From Callorhinchus milii (taxonomy: Eukaryota): a stretch of DNA of 64,000 bases. A model generated the notes under the pieces. That model saw nothing but the letters and a program-made list of their open reading frames with translations. It was not told where the DNA came from and made no database searches. The stretch covers positions 84,384,001-84,448,000 of the forward strand of contig NW_024704742.1 in assembly GCF_018977255.1 (NCBI RefSeq), in the 5' to 3' direction. Positions 14,314 to 27,539 of the stretch are shown here, in pieces. A program made the translations under genes and the position numbers. Each line of letters starts with the position of its first letter. The stretch's first letter is position 1.

Positions 14314-15014
14314 GTAAGGGAGAATTCATGGTTTATTTTGTGTAAGTAACTGAGCTGACAGATAAAATGTCAGCTTATTTATGCAACAGGAGCATCCGCT
14401 ATGATGAATGTTTCACAAGTCATCCAGCAGTACCTTGCCAACATATGCTGTTCCTTGAAGTGGTACGTCAAGGGAAATAATCTTTGTAATTTCTTCTCCC
14501 TATTTTATCCCCAACCTGTCCCAAAGCAGTGCGAAATTTCAGTTTGGGCTCAGCTAAGAATGACTTTAGAGTGCTTCCTGGCTGAAGAATATTGGGTAAA
14601 TCGATAAAAATGGCAAAGCATACCAAGACAACATTTCTGAGTGTTATTTTAATACTTAGGAAATCTAAATTAAAAACACAAGTCATCGAAATCCACTGCA
14701 CTTCATACATTTGAAAGAGAATAGGATAACTTTATGCCTACAAAATAGTGAATCCTGTGAAGTCCTTTGAGACTCCATGTTGATGTGAAAATACAAGCAT
14801 TATTATTTTTCAGGTATGACTGTGTGAATTATCTTTCAAATGTTTTGAGTAATCTGTATTTGTGTACCAGAAATTTCTGCAAAATACTTTTCTGCGTGGA
14901 TTTTACTTCCATTTGCCAACGGGTCATTGTAGAATTTCTACACAGCTGTTCTATAAGATCTTAATCTAGAATTTAGTGTGCTTCGATTTAAGTTATTTTT
15001 TTATTTTTCAACAG

Positions 15015-15159
15015 ATATCTGGAATAAAACGGGTGCTGTTAAACTGATCAGATGGTCACCTGATTGCAGTGTTGCTATGGTAACGTGGGAATGCGGCGGT
15101 TTATCCTTGTGGAGTGTTTTTGGGGCTCACCTATTTTGCACACTAGGTGGAGATTTTGC
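15015..15159 (+). CDS. RIC1: RIC1 coding exon (~9)
   Basis: caacag|AT...GC|gtgagt; [47 protein letters not shown]. Confidence 0.95.
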
Positions 15160-15743
15160 GTGAGTATTTCCTTCAGACATTATTGGATCTTTAACATTGC
15201 ATGAGATAATGTACATTATACAGTAAAGAAGTTTCCTCTTCATAAATCAGTTTTGGACTAACACATACTTAGGCTGGTATTTAGCTGCCTCTTACTGATG
15301 AAATAGAATTGTTAAAAGCAATTTCAAAGTAAAGTAGTGTGATGCATTATGCAATTCTGTACTGATCTGAATACTACTGTGGTATTAGTGTCATTTTCGA
15401 CAACTTAAGAAGGTTTTCAAGCTCATTCCATTTTCTGTATAAATCCATTTCATCGTATAAATAACAATTAATTGTGGATTTTTCCTGCAATACAAGTTAC
15501 AAATATTTTTTCAAATCAGGAGGACATCTCAAAGCGCTGAAAGCAAAGCGTAAAATATAAATCTACAAACAAAAACTGAGTTTTGCCTTTAAATGACTCC
15601 ACTGCATTGCTCCACTTTATCTCTGGTATTTTTGCCCGAGATGAGAATTATTTATCGTTACTTTTGCATTCTGTAGATCTCATTGTTCAATAAATTACAT
15701 TCTTCAACTAATATGTACAACTAAACATTTTTTTTAAAAAAAG

Positions 15744-15792
15744 CTATCGTCCTGATGGCACGAAAAAGGAGCCTATAAAGATCAGCTCTATG
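15744..15792 (+). CDS. RIC1: RIC1 coding exon (~10)
   Basis: aaaag|C...ATG|gtgagt; YRPDGTKKEPIKISSM. Confidence 0.92.
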
Positions 15793-16506
15793 GTGAGTGA
15801 CCTCTTTTGAAATATGACCAAAGGGATATTGCCGCTACTTCTAAGCGTTTGAAAATTATGCCGGTTTCCTGTCTGAAATGATGATTATTTTCTTAAAATT
15901 TATTGTGGTCAAAATTATAGAATTCTGAAATTATTCTATTGCTTAATTCAGATGTTTTGAAATACCTTTAGACCCCTTCTGATGTCTCAATAATCGTTAT
16001 TTAGCAAGGAAACCTCTGAAATAGAGCTGCAAATGTATCAATAATCTCACTAGTTCCTTTTCCAATTAAAAAATAACAGGTTTTAAATCTCAATACTCTT
16101 AAGTAAATATAATTTAAAATATATTTAATGCACATGGTGGAAGGAATGCTTTACCCATAAATTTTGTAAAGGTACTTTTCTTCACAGCACAGGAAATAAA
16201 CTGGATGTGTGCTTTTTTTTAAAAAAAGCCTGGATTCACAAAATACCAGCTAGTGCTATCTCAGGTGGTCTTTTTGGCCTGGAAATAGCACGTGGGGAGA
16301 GCAATTTTCCTACTTGCTCAAAATTGCTTCTTAAGGTCAAATAACAACAACTTGCATTTATATAGCACCCTTCACGTGGGGTAGCGTCTCGGACTGCTTG
16401 TAGTAACTGAAAATTATTTATCTTTTGATATCCAGTTTGTGAGAAAATTTGAACACAAAATGCTTTTGTTTTGATTAGCCATTGTTGACGTTGTTCCATT
16501 TTGCAG

Positions 16507-16659
16507 AGCTGGGGTGCTGAAGGCTACCACCTTTGGGTGATTTGCAGTGATGGCGCTCCTCAAACAGAAAATGATTTGGAGAACAAAAATGCAGTTCAGC
16601 AAGGAGAAATTCTACAGTTCCAATTCATAAAAAGTGCTTTAACCGTCAACCCATGCATG
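16507..16659 (+). CDS. RIC1: RIC1 coding exon (~11)
   Basis: ttgcag|AGC...ATG|gtaggt; [12 protein letters not shown]...[14 protein letters not shown]. Confidence 0.95.
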
Positions 16660-17084
16660 GTAGGTTACAAAACCAAGAGTGACTCCTGATAGCATTTTAG
16701 TTACTGGCTGGGGTCCTAAAACATTTAATACTGCCCTGGGGGCATAGTCCTGGATCACACATTTTCCAAAGAGAATGTAAAAGTCCAAATATCAAAGGCT
16801 ATTGAAATGTACCATCATTAGCCATATCAGTTCTTTCATTTGCATGGGATCCCTTTTGATACACTGCTGCCTCACTTAAGATTGCTGGTGAACTTTGGAC
16901 CTGCTGTATCCATTTCTATGGTTCTAGCCATCTTCCTGCATTTTTTAAAAAAATCTTATATTGCTTCTTATGCTTTACACAGAAAGTACCACTAACATAA
17001 TTTTCTGCAAGCTGTGCATGTGACAATATTACTGATATTGTGATAATGTTACTGATGTTAATGATAAGGCTCTGGCAGCATCAA

Positions 17085-17845
17085 CCTCCATGGTTGCACA
17101 CTACAACTCACCAAGCCAGAAGGAACCTAGGTGTCTTGTTCGTCCCTCAACTGTCTTTTCTTCCCCACACCCAAGCCATGACCTGCTCTGCTTTCCCTCC
17201 CCTCCGCAACATCGCCCGACTCCGCCACTACCTCACCCCTCAGGCCACTGAAACTCTTGTTCATGCCTTCATCACATCCAGACTTGACTATGCAAACACC
17301 CTGCTTGTCGGCCTTCCCAACTCCTCCCTCCACAGGCTGCAGATAATCCAGAACTCTGCAGCCCGTGTCCTCTCCCGCACCAAACTCCGTGACCCCATTT
17401 CTCCCATTCTTGCCCGACTCCATGGGCTCCCTATCCTTCAGAGGATCCAGTTCAAGATCCTGGTCCTCACCTACAAAGCCTTCCATGGCCTTGCCCCACC
17501 CTACCTCTGTGACCTACAAACCCCCTACCAACCCGCCCGCTCCCTCTGCTCAGCCGGCTCTGGCCTGCTCCACGTCCTCCGACCCACCCGCCCCACCATT
17601 GGCGGGAGACCCTTCAGCCACTCTGCCCCCAACCTCTGGAACTCCATCCCCCAATCATTCTGCCTCACCCCCTCCTTCAAGTCCCGCCCCAAAACCCTCC
17701 TCTTCGACCATGCCATCGCTCACCCCCCCCCTTCCCCTCCCTTCTCCCTTCCTGACCCCAGTTCGGGTCTGAATGCTGTACACTGTCCAGCGCTTTGGGA
17801 CATCCTCCAAATGTGAAAGGCGCTATACAAATGTAATCTTGTTGT
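17085..17845 (+). mobile_element. L2-clade LINE 3' fragment
   Basis: ORF 17040-17816 (RNLGVLF, SRLDYANTLL, RIQFKILVLTYKA); tail 'aaaggcgctatacaaatgtaatcttgttg'. Confidence 0.9.
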
Positions 17846-19080
17846 CATCGTTGTTGATAAGTCACTTCCTTTGTGAAGGGAACACTGCTGTCATCGCTTC
17901 CTTTGCAATGTAATGTCTGTAGTGTATCTTGCAGAAAGCTATATTCACAGTGTGCAGGAAACAGCATTAGCTTCCTGTACTTGACGCACAACACACAGTA
18001 ATTGACATCAACAGCAACCTGACAACTGGAAGTTGCCGTTTTTGCACCTTGTTTTACACCCAATTTATTTACAGTAAATTGAAGACATTGTCCTTCATAC
18101 CAGGAATGGGTTTATTTTGATGTCTGCTTTCGTGTACAATATATGCTTATATCTGGTGGAATGAACATTTAGCCTGCATAGAATCAAAGAGCATCAGGGA
18201 CTCTCAAAATAAATGACTTTCCACTCAATGCCGATAAATAAATACCGAAACATAGTGTTTTTGGGACTGTGTTGCAGTTGTTTTATTGGATTTTTTTTTA
18301 CTTTCAACAATTTGGTTCGGTTCCAGTTTAACATGAAAGTTTCCCTTCTCTGAAACTTTTTTGGATCCTACATGAAATGAATTAGGTAATTGTAACCTAT
18401 TTTCTAGGAAAAGAGGCCCATCATACAAACTGTCCAGTTTTCTGACCATTGGGGCAGTGTGTAGAAAATGTAAAACTGTTTACACTGGCTCAGTAAGGAG
18501 TGGAAGGTACTAATGTTGAAATGTTCTATTATTAATGACACATTTCACCTTGATAAGCACTAAATTCCATGGATATCATTTAATTTAAAAATCGCAATGT
18601 TAAATTTCCCTTTCCATTTTACTATTTGCATACTTTAAACATGATTAACTTTCAGAATAAACTGCTGTTTGAATAGAGGCTTGAACTCTGTCTTTTCAAT
18701 ATCATAGCTATTAGACCCTGGTGTGTTTACATGCAAGCCATGCTGCGTGTCTCTTCTAAATCAGGTTTTCAACTGCTTTTGTCTCCTATCAATCATAAAA
18801 ATGCAAAAAAAGTGTAATGTTACTGTTTCACTAGAAAAGATTTAACCAGCAAAGATGTCTGTCATTAACCCCAAACTGATATTAAGTCTTGATTTATGAG
18901 ATATAAAATGCAGCGGATTCTATAAGTCAAGAAAAGAAATCTTATACTTTCATAACCATGGAAAAAGATTTATATAACATTGGTGTTTTATTTGACACAT
19001 AGCCATATCATTATCATTAAGCCATGTCTTACAAAGCACTTCACAGAATGAGTTAAGATACAAAGTGATGATTTTTTCAG

Positions 19081-19281
19081 AATAACCAGGAACAAGTGCT
19101 GCTCCAGGGTGAGGATCGCCTGTATTTGAACTCCGGTGATGCTTTACATCAGAATTCAAGCACCGCTTCAGCTAACTCAGGCCATCAGCCGGTCAGGGAA
19201 AAGAACCCTCTGTTGGATGATATTGCTGTTCCTCAGAGTTTAAGCACTTTATTAGGGCACAGGCACTGGCTCGTTGTACAA
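19081..19281 (+). CDS. RIC1: RIC1 coding exon (~12)
   Basis: tttcag|AAT...CAA|gtaagt; [17 protein letters not shown]...[14 protein letters not shown]. Confidence 0.95.
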
Positions 19282-20204
19282 GTAAGTCTCAACAAGTTCT
19301 CAGAATGACATGAATTTTTCAGGCAGGTATGTTTGATACTTAACATGACGTGCATTTTGTGGCATAACTTACCCTAGATATTCAATCAAAGGGTTACCAA
19401 TCAATTTATTCTGAAAAAAGTTTAACTTAAAGTGCAGCTGTGTATGTCTTGGGTTCTGTCAAATGTTTTCCCAACTCCAGAAATAGTTTTGTAATCCACC
19501 CTCTTATAACTGGATTCCTGAACTGATGACTTAGTTGAGTGAATTTCAGCTGTTGTGTGGCTTGTAGATCATTGTTGCCAGTGCTGAGCCTCAACTGCAC
19601 TTTAGGGTTTAAAGTAACTATCCTACATCGAGTTTCTCTTATCCTTTTAAATATTTTCCCCCCTTCTTACTCATTTTATGTTAAATCTGATGAATTTGTG
19701 TGTTCATTAATCTGACAGAAAAAGCACACACAATTCCAAATTAATCTCTGGCTACAGTACCAATTACACCAAGACAACAACAACACCTTGTATTTATATA
19801 GCACCCTTCAATCAAGGCAGCATCTTGAAGTGCTCAGAGGCAGAACTATTGTCTTGGTCCATTCCCTGTCTGAGCATTAAATCTTCCTCCTTTAAGGATT
19901 TGGTCCCTTCTTGCAAGACTCATACTAAAATAAACATTTACACACTTGCATTCTTCAGTATCTTCAAATTCTCAAAACCCCGAAACTACTTTCAAACAAT
20001 GCATTTTCCTGATTTTACCAGTTTGTCTTCAATATAATATAACCACACACCTGATTCAATTGTCTCAATCTTCCAGTATCTCAGGATCAAGTCTTCGCTC
20101 CCAATAATAAATTTCTTGCTAATCTCATTTTGATCAATGCTGAGCTAGTGTCTCCAGAGGGGATGGCAATGGAGCAAAAATGTTAACCTTATTACACCAG
20201 CTGT

Positions 20205-20522
20205 GGAGTCCTGTTGCTCAGTGGTTAGAGCACTCGTCTTGCAAGTGAGACACCTGGGTTCAGTTCCAGGAAGGGCAAAACCTTGGGCAAGTTCCCTTAT
20301 TCCACACGCCTAATAATAATCCATCCAAAACAAAACAATAATAAATTGGTCATTTTCAATCCACGACTGTTTGTGGGACATTGCTGTGTGCAATTGGCTG
20401 CCGCGTTTCGCCCACAAATATACAGTCAATTCACTTTACAGCATATTCTGTGAAGCACTTTAAGACGTCCAGAAGACGTGAAAAGCGTGATATCAAATGC
20501 AAGGATTATTATTATTATTATG
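20205..20522 (+). mobile_element. tRNA-derived SINE, near full length
   Basis: 'ggagtcctgttgctcagtggttagagcactcg...ctgggttcagttcc' A/B boxes and (ATT)n tail. An oppositely oriented copy follows at ~20605-20860. Confidence 0.88.
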
Positions 20523-21194
20523 TATGTGGTTAATTTGGCCCTGGTCTTCCCAGAGTGTGGTGAGGAGGGAGAAAAATAGAAGGAGGTTAGGGATATTCAT
20601 TGTTAATAATAATAATAATCCTTGCATTTGTTATAGCACCTTATCATCGTTGAGACATCTCAAAGAGCTTCACAAAATATACTGTAAAGTGAGTTGACTG
20701 TATATTTTGTGGGTGAAACAGAGCAGATAATTGCACACAGCAGTGTCCCACAAACAGTAGTGGATTGGGATACCACATTTTTTTTATTTTAAAGAGTTTA
20801 TTAACCCTGGAAAGCGATCCGCTAATTGACTAACAACCAGGTTCCTACTTACTGCTATATATGTAATTATTTAATTAATGGCAGTTAATGAATTAACTGT
20901 AACTATAGTTATTGTAAGCTGCTTCGTATATCAGTAGAGAGCAGGATTGTACTTTCCCATGAAAATATTCCCCTGTACTTCGCTTTAAGTATTCAGATAT
21001 TATTCTGTGCCATTTCAGCGCCTTGGGACGTTCTCCCGACGTGAAAGGCACTATACAAATGTAATCTTGTTGCTGTTGTTGTATTTTATATGAAGGGGGC
21101 TATATAAATGCATGTGGTGGTGGTTGTTGTTTAGATAAATTGTGACCTCCATGTTGTGTTTTTTAATGTAAAGATATGTATTATTTTTCCATAG

Positions 21195-21233
21195 ATTCAC
21201 AGCACCTATCTAGAAAGTAATTGGCCGATAAAG
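21195..21233 (+). CDS. RIC1: RIC1 coding micro-exon (~13, 39 bp)
   Basis: ccatag|ATT...AAG|gtgagc; IHSTYLESNWPIK. Confidence 0.92.
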
Positions 21234-21327
21234 GTGAGCTATAGTTTTGCTCTTTTGAAGTTAAATAGTGGAATTGGTCATTCCTATTGGTGATGTTTTA
21301 TTTTGTATTAATTCTTTACATTCTCAG

Positions 21328-21438
21328 TTCTCGGCAATAGACCGTCTGGGCCAGAGTGTGGCAGTGGCAGGCCGATATGGAATTGCACATTATTCATTGT
21401 TTACCCGAAAGTGGAAACTTTTTGGAAATATTACCCAG
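21328..21438 (+). CDS. RIC1: RIC1 coding exon (~14)
   Basis: tctcag|TTC...CAG|gtatgt; [37 protein letters not shown]. Confidence 0.95.
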
Positions 21439-22464
21439 GTATGTCATCAGTGTATTTTGTTTTGATATTTCTTAAAATCTTTTGCCATATTTTAATAGTA
21501 GTAACATGTGGTAAAGAGCCATAAGTGTCTCAAACAGCTATTCCAATAGTCTTATACAGAGATCATCTGGCAATTCGGGGTTAAGTCACATGCATGCTAG
21601 AAATCCAATATCTTCCTCGAGGGAGAAAGGATTTCATTTTAACAGCAAGTAAAGCGCTGTTTGTAATGACAGCCAAAGCAAATCGATTACAAACTATAAA
21701 AAAAATGCATTGTTCTTCTGCTTCTCCAAGCTTGGAATGTCTCCTGTAATTTATCCAAAGGTAGATCTGGTTACATATCAAATCTATTGCATGTTGATAA
21801 CTCGGGTAGCATTTTTTGTATTCTATTGTGTAACTAACCCTCGCAAAAAGGAGCAGGTGGGTGAGTAGTTTCTTCCTTTCCTAGCCTATCCAAGAGCCTG
21901 CAACATTGTGAATCTGATATTTTATAATTTTTCTGCCTCGCATCTAAGGATTTTTTTTAGATATTTATTTTCCAGTGTTCATCTGCTAAGGAGGACTGAA
22001 ATGAAAGCTCTCCTCAATTTTTAGTGAATTTCAGCTTGAGAGTCCTCGAGCCAAGAATGCTCAGTCGATTACAAGTTATTTTTTGCCCAAAGTGAATGCA
22101 TATTTCTGCCATCCTCGACAGATCAACCCTGGGAAAGAAATATCCAGCAAAAATACTTGGGGCCTGATTGAGGGCCCACAATTTGCAAAATAAGAATAGT
22201 CAATATCAGAAGCAAAAATGCGGTGAGTCTAGGACCCAGGAAGGAAGAAACCACTTACTGAGAGGCATGTGCTGCCACCTGGTCAGTTACTTTGACAAAT
22301 CAGAAAAATGCAGAATTTACCCACATTATTCTGAACCATGTATTTTCAACTACTTCATTTCAAAGACAATACTGCAAAACTTCTATTTGTGCATCCTCAA
22401 TGTATTCTGTAACATTTTCTAACACAAGTTTGTTTCCTCTGTGCTATGAAGTTGCTTGGGTTTC

Positions 22465-22650
22465 TATTTCCTTGAACATATTCAAGACTGAGATAGATAG
22501 ATTTCTTATTGCAAAAGGGATTAAGGGATATGGGGATAAGGCAGAGTCAGGTTATTAGCTGGAGTTAGATTAGAAGATCAGCCATGATTGAATGGTGGGG
22601 CAGGCTCGAAGGGCTGAATGGCCTACTCCTGCTCCTACATGTTATGTTAT
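22465..22650 (+). mobile_element. CR1 LINE 3' end
   Basis: FKTEIDRFL..KGIKGYG C-terminus, 3' UTR 'ggcctactcctgctcc' and (TATGT)n tail; near-identical inverted copy at ~33600-33790. Confidence 0.85.
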
Positions 22651-23133
22651 TCGGATGTTTAGTGGAATCTCTCTCCTTTCGATATGCATATGAAGGTTCA
22701 GTGTAGTTTGAGGCATTGCTTCCTTTCTCAGAGTATATAGCGAGTACTTTCAAATTGTGTTTACATATACAGAGTATATGAAAGATAGGAAAGATACTCT
22801 CCTATCTAGCAGGTGTTTGGAGATAGTGCTTGTGGTAGAGGAGTCTGGAAAAAATCAAGTTTTACTTTTCACTTTAATTCTTTCTCATTATTCAATATAA
22901 CCCAATCCTAAGCTAAGTCTTGTCTATTCATATAGAAAACAACTGTAGCTTCACCACTGATCCCTGGAGAATATCACTTGTCATAGTAAATGTTCTCACC
23001 TTGGTAATTAACAAAATGTACTCCGCCAAAGATCTTACTTACTGTTTAATAAAGTCTAGCAAGGGAGACAATTAGACTTAATGTAAACTTTACCTTCAAA
23101 CAAGAGGACCCAAAACTCCACATTCTGTTTTAG

Positions 23134-23223
23134 GAACAAAACCTGGCAGTGACTGGAGGTTTGGCATGGTGGAATGACTTCATTGTGTTAGCGTGCTATA
23201 ATTTGATTGACCAACAAGAGGAG
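23134..23223 (+). CDS. RIC1: RIC1 coding exon (~15)
   Basis: ttttag|GAA...GAG|gtaagt; [30 protein letters not shown]. Confidence 0.95.
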
Positions 23224-24234
23224 GTAAGTACATTATACATTACACTAAAGAGACAAATCTTAAATTCTAGAGATTTCAGATCCTCCAATGGCTCAATTTA
23301 TTCTTCTCAAGATCATTATCCATTTTCCTCCCTTAGAATTGACTCTCAACATTTTCCCCGCACTGATTAGACTAACTGGCCTGTAGTGGGTAAAAGCAAA
23401 GCACAAAGACTTCGAGAGCAGAATTTCAGTCTTGAATGCTGGACGTGTTGAAATAGCTGGTTTGAGCAGAGCCGCAGTTGGGACACAACAACTGACTTCA
23501 GTGGCCCTAGAGGCAATACCCAGGGTTTCCATTTGTGACTCTTATTGCTGATTAAAATGAAGATGCTAAACCTGGGAACTATAGGCCAGTTAGTGTCATC
23601 AATGGTGGAGAAAAAGGTTGGAGTCGATTCTAATGGGGAGAAAATGGATAAGCTTTGGGAAGAGGATAAGTTCATCAAGATAGTCAGCATGGATTCATGA
23701 AGGGGGCAAAGAAAGCTGGCAAGAAGGCAGATTGGATTCTGGGTGTTGTAAGCCATAATTTTGAATAGAAACTTATGGAAGTTGTGTTGGCATTGTATAG
23801 GGTATTGGTAAGGCCATACTTGGAATATTTGTTTTGGACTTTCCATTACTTGTTGTATAAATGGAGAGATAAAATGCAGATTCATTAAGAGATTAAATAT
23901 ATGGGGGATGGCATAGGAACAGAATATCTGGTAGAGGTGTGTATGACACTGAAAGGACATTATAGGCTAGAGAGGAGAAAAAATGACCCTTTACATGGGG
24001 AATCGATGACAATGCACCCACAGCATATACAATTAATTAAACTTTACACTATATTCAGTGAAGCTTTGAGTTGTCTCAACAACGTGATAAGGTGCTATAT
24101 CAAATGCAGGTAATATTAATGGGGCATAATCTCAGGATTTTTAGCAGAAAAATGAGCTTTTTTGACCCCTTAGGATTTGGAATTTATCACCACCAATGGT
24201 TCTTGAAGCTGAATAGAATTGTCTATAAGGAAAA

Positions 24235-24460
24235 CACAAAATACTGCAGATACTGGAAATCTGAAACAAAAACAGAAGTCGCTGAGAACACTCAGCAGGT
24301 CAGGCAGCATCTATGGAGAAAGGAAAGTGAGTCAACGTTTCGGGTCCACGATCCATCCCGGCTGTTCTGACAAAGGGTCGTGGGCCCGAAACGTTGACTC
24401 ATTTTCCTTAAACCATAGATGCTGCCGAGCTGCTGAGTGTTCCCAGCGACTTCTATTTTT
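24235..24460. mobile_element. Palindromic element, probably derived from a Penelope-like terminal repeat, with a minimal hammerhead-like core
   Basis: Inverted arms ~24268-24354 and ~24375-24460; CTGA-CAAA-GGGTC-GTG-GGCCC-GAAA-CGTT at 24367-24395. Confidence 0.7.
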
Positions 24461-25034
24461 GGCTACAAGGAAGCTGGCTAAGCACCTGAGCAATAAAACT
24501 ATTTAGGGGTATGGGGAGAGAACTGGGAAGTGGGTTTATTTTAATAAATTTAATTTATTTTATTAAAGAGGCCTCGCTCGCCCCTCCCTTGCCTCTTTCA
24601 AGGCCTGTCTGAAGACCCTCTTCTTCGAGGAGGTGCTATATAAGTATAATTTTATGTTGTTGTTTAGTAAGAATGCTGATTTAGAAAAGAGGCAGCAGTG
24701 GCACATTCATAGTAAACCAATGGCCCTTTCCAGTACAGAGATCTATCAAACATCCAATCAATTCAAATGCTGTAATAAGCAGTTTTTTTTAAATGGTGCA
24801 TGAATAATCTTGCCAATATTTATATTCTTTTAAATTACTGATTATTTTGCTAATCTAGAAAGGTGGCATCAAAAAAAATTTTCTGGTAACATCACTTCTA
24901 ATCTTTTGGGTTGGGATTAGAAAATAATTCAGGTTTTCAGTGCATAAGCAACAATTTCTTTTGTTTTTTTTAAAAAAAGGATTTTTCAATTCGTAATACT
25001 TCATACTTTTGTACCTGTGTATCTGTTTTTACAG

Positions 25035-25195
25035 CTGAGACTGTATCTCCGGACATCTAACTTGGACAATACCTTTGCTCACATTACCAAAGTGCAATCA
25101 GAGACTTTATTACTGAATGTCTTCAGGAACATGGTAATATTGTTCAGAGCAGATTGCTCCATTTGCCTATACAGTATTGACCGGAGAGATGATGG
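25035..25195 (+). CDS. RIC1: RIC1 coding exon (~16)
   Basis: ttacag|CTG...GG|gtaagt; [19 protein letters not shown]...[17 protein letters not shown]. Confidence 0.95.
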
Positions 25196-25664
25196 GTAAG
25201 TAACCACACTTACCTTCCAATATTCCTGCCTTCAAAAGTTAGTACTGTGCTGAGAAACTAAGGTTTCTTACACAGAATGCGTCTCTTTCAAGTAGTGGTT
25301 TGTGGCTATTAAACACTTCGTAATATTAACATTGCACAACTTCACACTATAATTTTAATGGGATGTCAAACTTTCTTTTAAATCTTATACTGAAAATTTA
25401 ATTGGAAAATCTAATTTGGAAGAAATATATCTTTTCAGATAAGGTTGCAATCAAAGCCTACCTCTCCTAAAGTACCTATGTGCCTGAACCAAAAATGTCA
25501 AGATAATTAAATACTGTATTATAAAGTGTTCTGTTTTTCTATGAAACTATATACCATGACACGTGAACACATTTTGCAGGTACCTTTAAATAAACACTTT
25601 AAAATTATTAGTTTGTAATGTTTGTGTCAACTTGGCTCAGTTGGTAGTACTCTTGCCACGTGAC

Positions 25665-26252
25665 TCCTACAAGCCTCTTATGTGGTGGCACTTTATCAAA
25701 CGCCTTTTGAAAATCCATACAAACTACATCAACTGGACTGCCTTCATTCACCCTCTCCATTACTTCATCAAAAAAAACTCTTGTCAGGTTTGTTTGGCAT
25801 GATTTGCCTTTAACAAATCCGTGTTGGTTGTCCTTTATTAACTCATATTTTTCTAAGTGAAAATTTATTTTTTCCCTGAATATAGTCTCTAGAAGTTTCT
25901 CCAAAACTGACGTTAGGCTGATTGGCCCATTGTTCCCGGTTTTATTCTTCTGCCCCTTTTTGTACAGGGGAGTAACATTTGCAACCCTTCTCTCAATAAT
26001 TTAGGATACATCCCGTCCTGACCGGGTGACTTATCTACCTTGAGCACCGACAACCTTTTTAGTACCTCCTCTCAGTTTATTCTTATCTTATCGAATTTCT
26101 CTACCCTCTCCTCTGATACCATGGAATTGACTGTATCCTCTTCTTTTGTGAAGACAGATACAAAATACTCATTCAGTACGTCAGACATGCCCTCTGCCTC
26201 CACAAGAAGATTTCCTCTTTGGTCCCTAGTTGGACCCACTCTACCTTTGAAT
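25665..26252 (-). mobile_element. CR1 LINE internal fragment (RT N-terminal part)
   Basis: ORFs with QHGFVKGKSC, DFQKAFDKVP and LNEYFVSVFTKE. Confidence 0.88.
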
Positions 26253-27163
26253 AACATTATATTCTTATGTCAACTAGGATGTCACCTATTTTGCATTGGT
26301 CATTAAATATTTAAATCCAAATTTCATCTCAGCAAGTACATTTTTTTCCATTAACAACAAATGCAACACTTATCATCCTACCAGATTGTTTTGTACTAGG
26401 TCAGAATTACATAACCGCTCACAGTAACAGAGTAATCGTACACAGTTGTTCAATGTGTATATAGTAGAGCCTGTTTTAAAGGTGTAATTGAGTGAATAAA
26501 ATCCCGATCAGTACCAGAATGGAGTATAATTACCAATCAGTGCTTCTTCATTCACTGCACATTAATGCAGAAAAACTGCTGAATTCATTAGTTCTTCAAA
26601 ATACTGGCCAACACGTGGGAGCTCTACTGACTGATCTCTGAAGCGTTGCTACTTCTTGTGTAGTACACAGATGATGATCCAGAGGTTGGCTATTTTGTTT
26701 TCCTGCTTACCAGCGTTTTGAAGCACCAACAACTACTTGCATTTACGTAGTGCCCTTCACGCAGGGCTGCGTCTGAACTGCTTAAAATGGAGTCGTAATG
26801 AGTATTTTAGATTTTTGGTAAAGCCTAACCAGGTTGGCATCTACCATTAATGAATGTTTGAGAATATATAACTTTGCAATAAAAATAATTAAGGTTTCTT
26901 AAAGTGTGTAGTGCTGACTCTTTAGTTAATGCTTAATTCGTACATAGTAATCAATTGTAAATAGATCTAAGAAAATTGATCTGACATTTAGGCATGATCA
27001 TCAATAACTAAGCATGGGTTAGGGATTTTAAACGTGAATGTGACAGTTTTCTCTCTTCAAAGTTGAATTTCAGCAATGTTATAATCTCACTTTGGAAGGG
27101 TCAACTGGGTGACGGGGATTCTAATTTGATTCTGATGTGTACATTTTTGTTTTTAATTTTTAG

Positions 27164-27302
27164 CCCTAATCCCAGTGCCATTGTTGAGGTTCTGCAGGAG
27201 GTATCCATGTCTCGTTATATTCCCCACCCAACACTTGTGGTGTCAGTAACTCTAACTTCTGTGAGAACAGAGACAGGCATCACCCTGAAAATGCCACAGC
27301 AG
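27164..27302 (+). CDS. RIC1: RIC1 coding exon (~17)
   Basis: ttttag|C...CAG|gtactc; [46 protein letters not shown]. Confidence 0.95.
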
Positions 27303-27539
27303 GTACTCGTTGAATTGCGTACAAATCTAATACTAGTATATTTTACAGTCATCAATTTAATTTTCACACAAAGGATTTCATAATGTCATGAGTGAATATT
27401 TGTTGAACTACTACCTATGAAGATGTGGTTCAGAGTGTTTCTTGGGGGTTCTTTTATAGAATAGTAATAGAATGTTGTAACTTATTTTGTTTTAAATTGT
27501 CCATCTTACAAATATCATTGGAGAGTTAACAAATACTGC

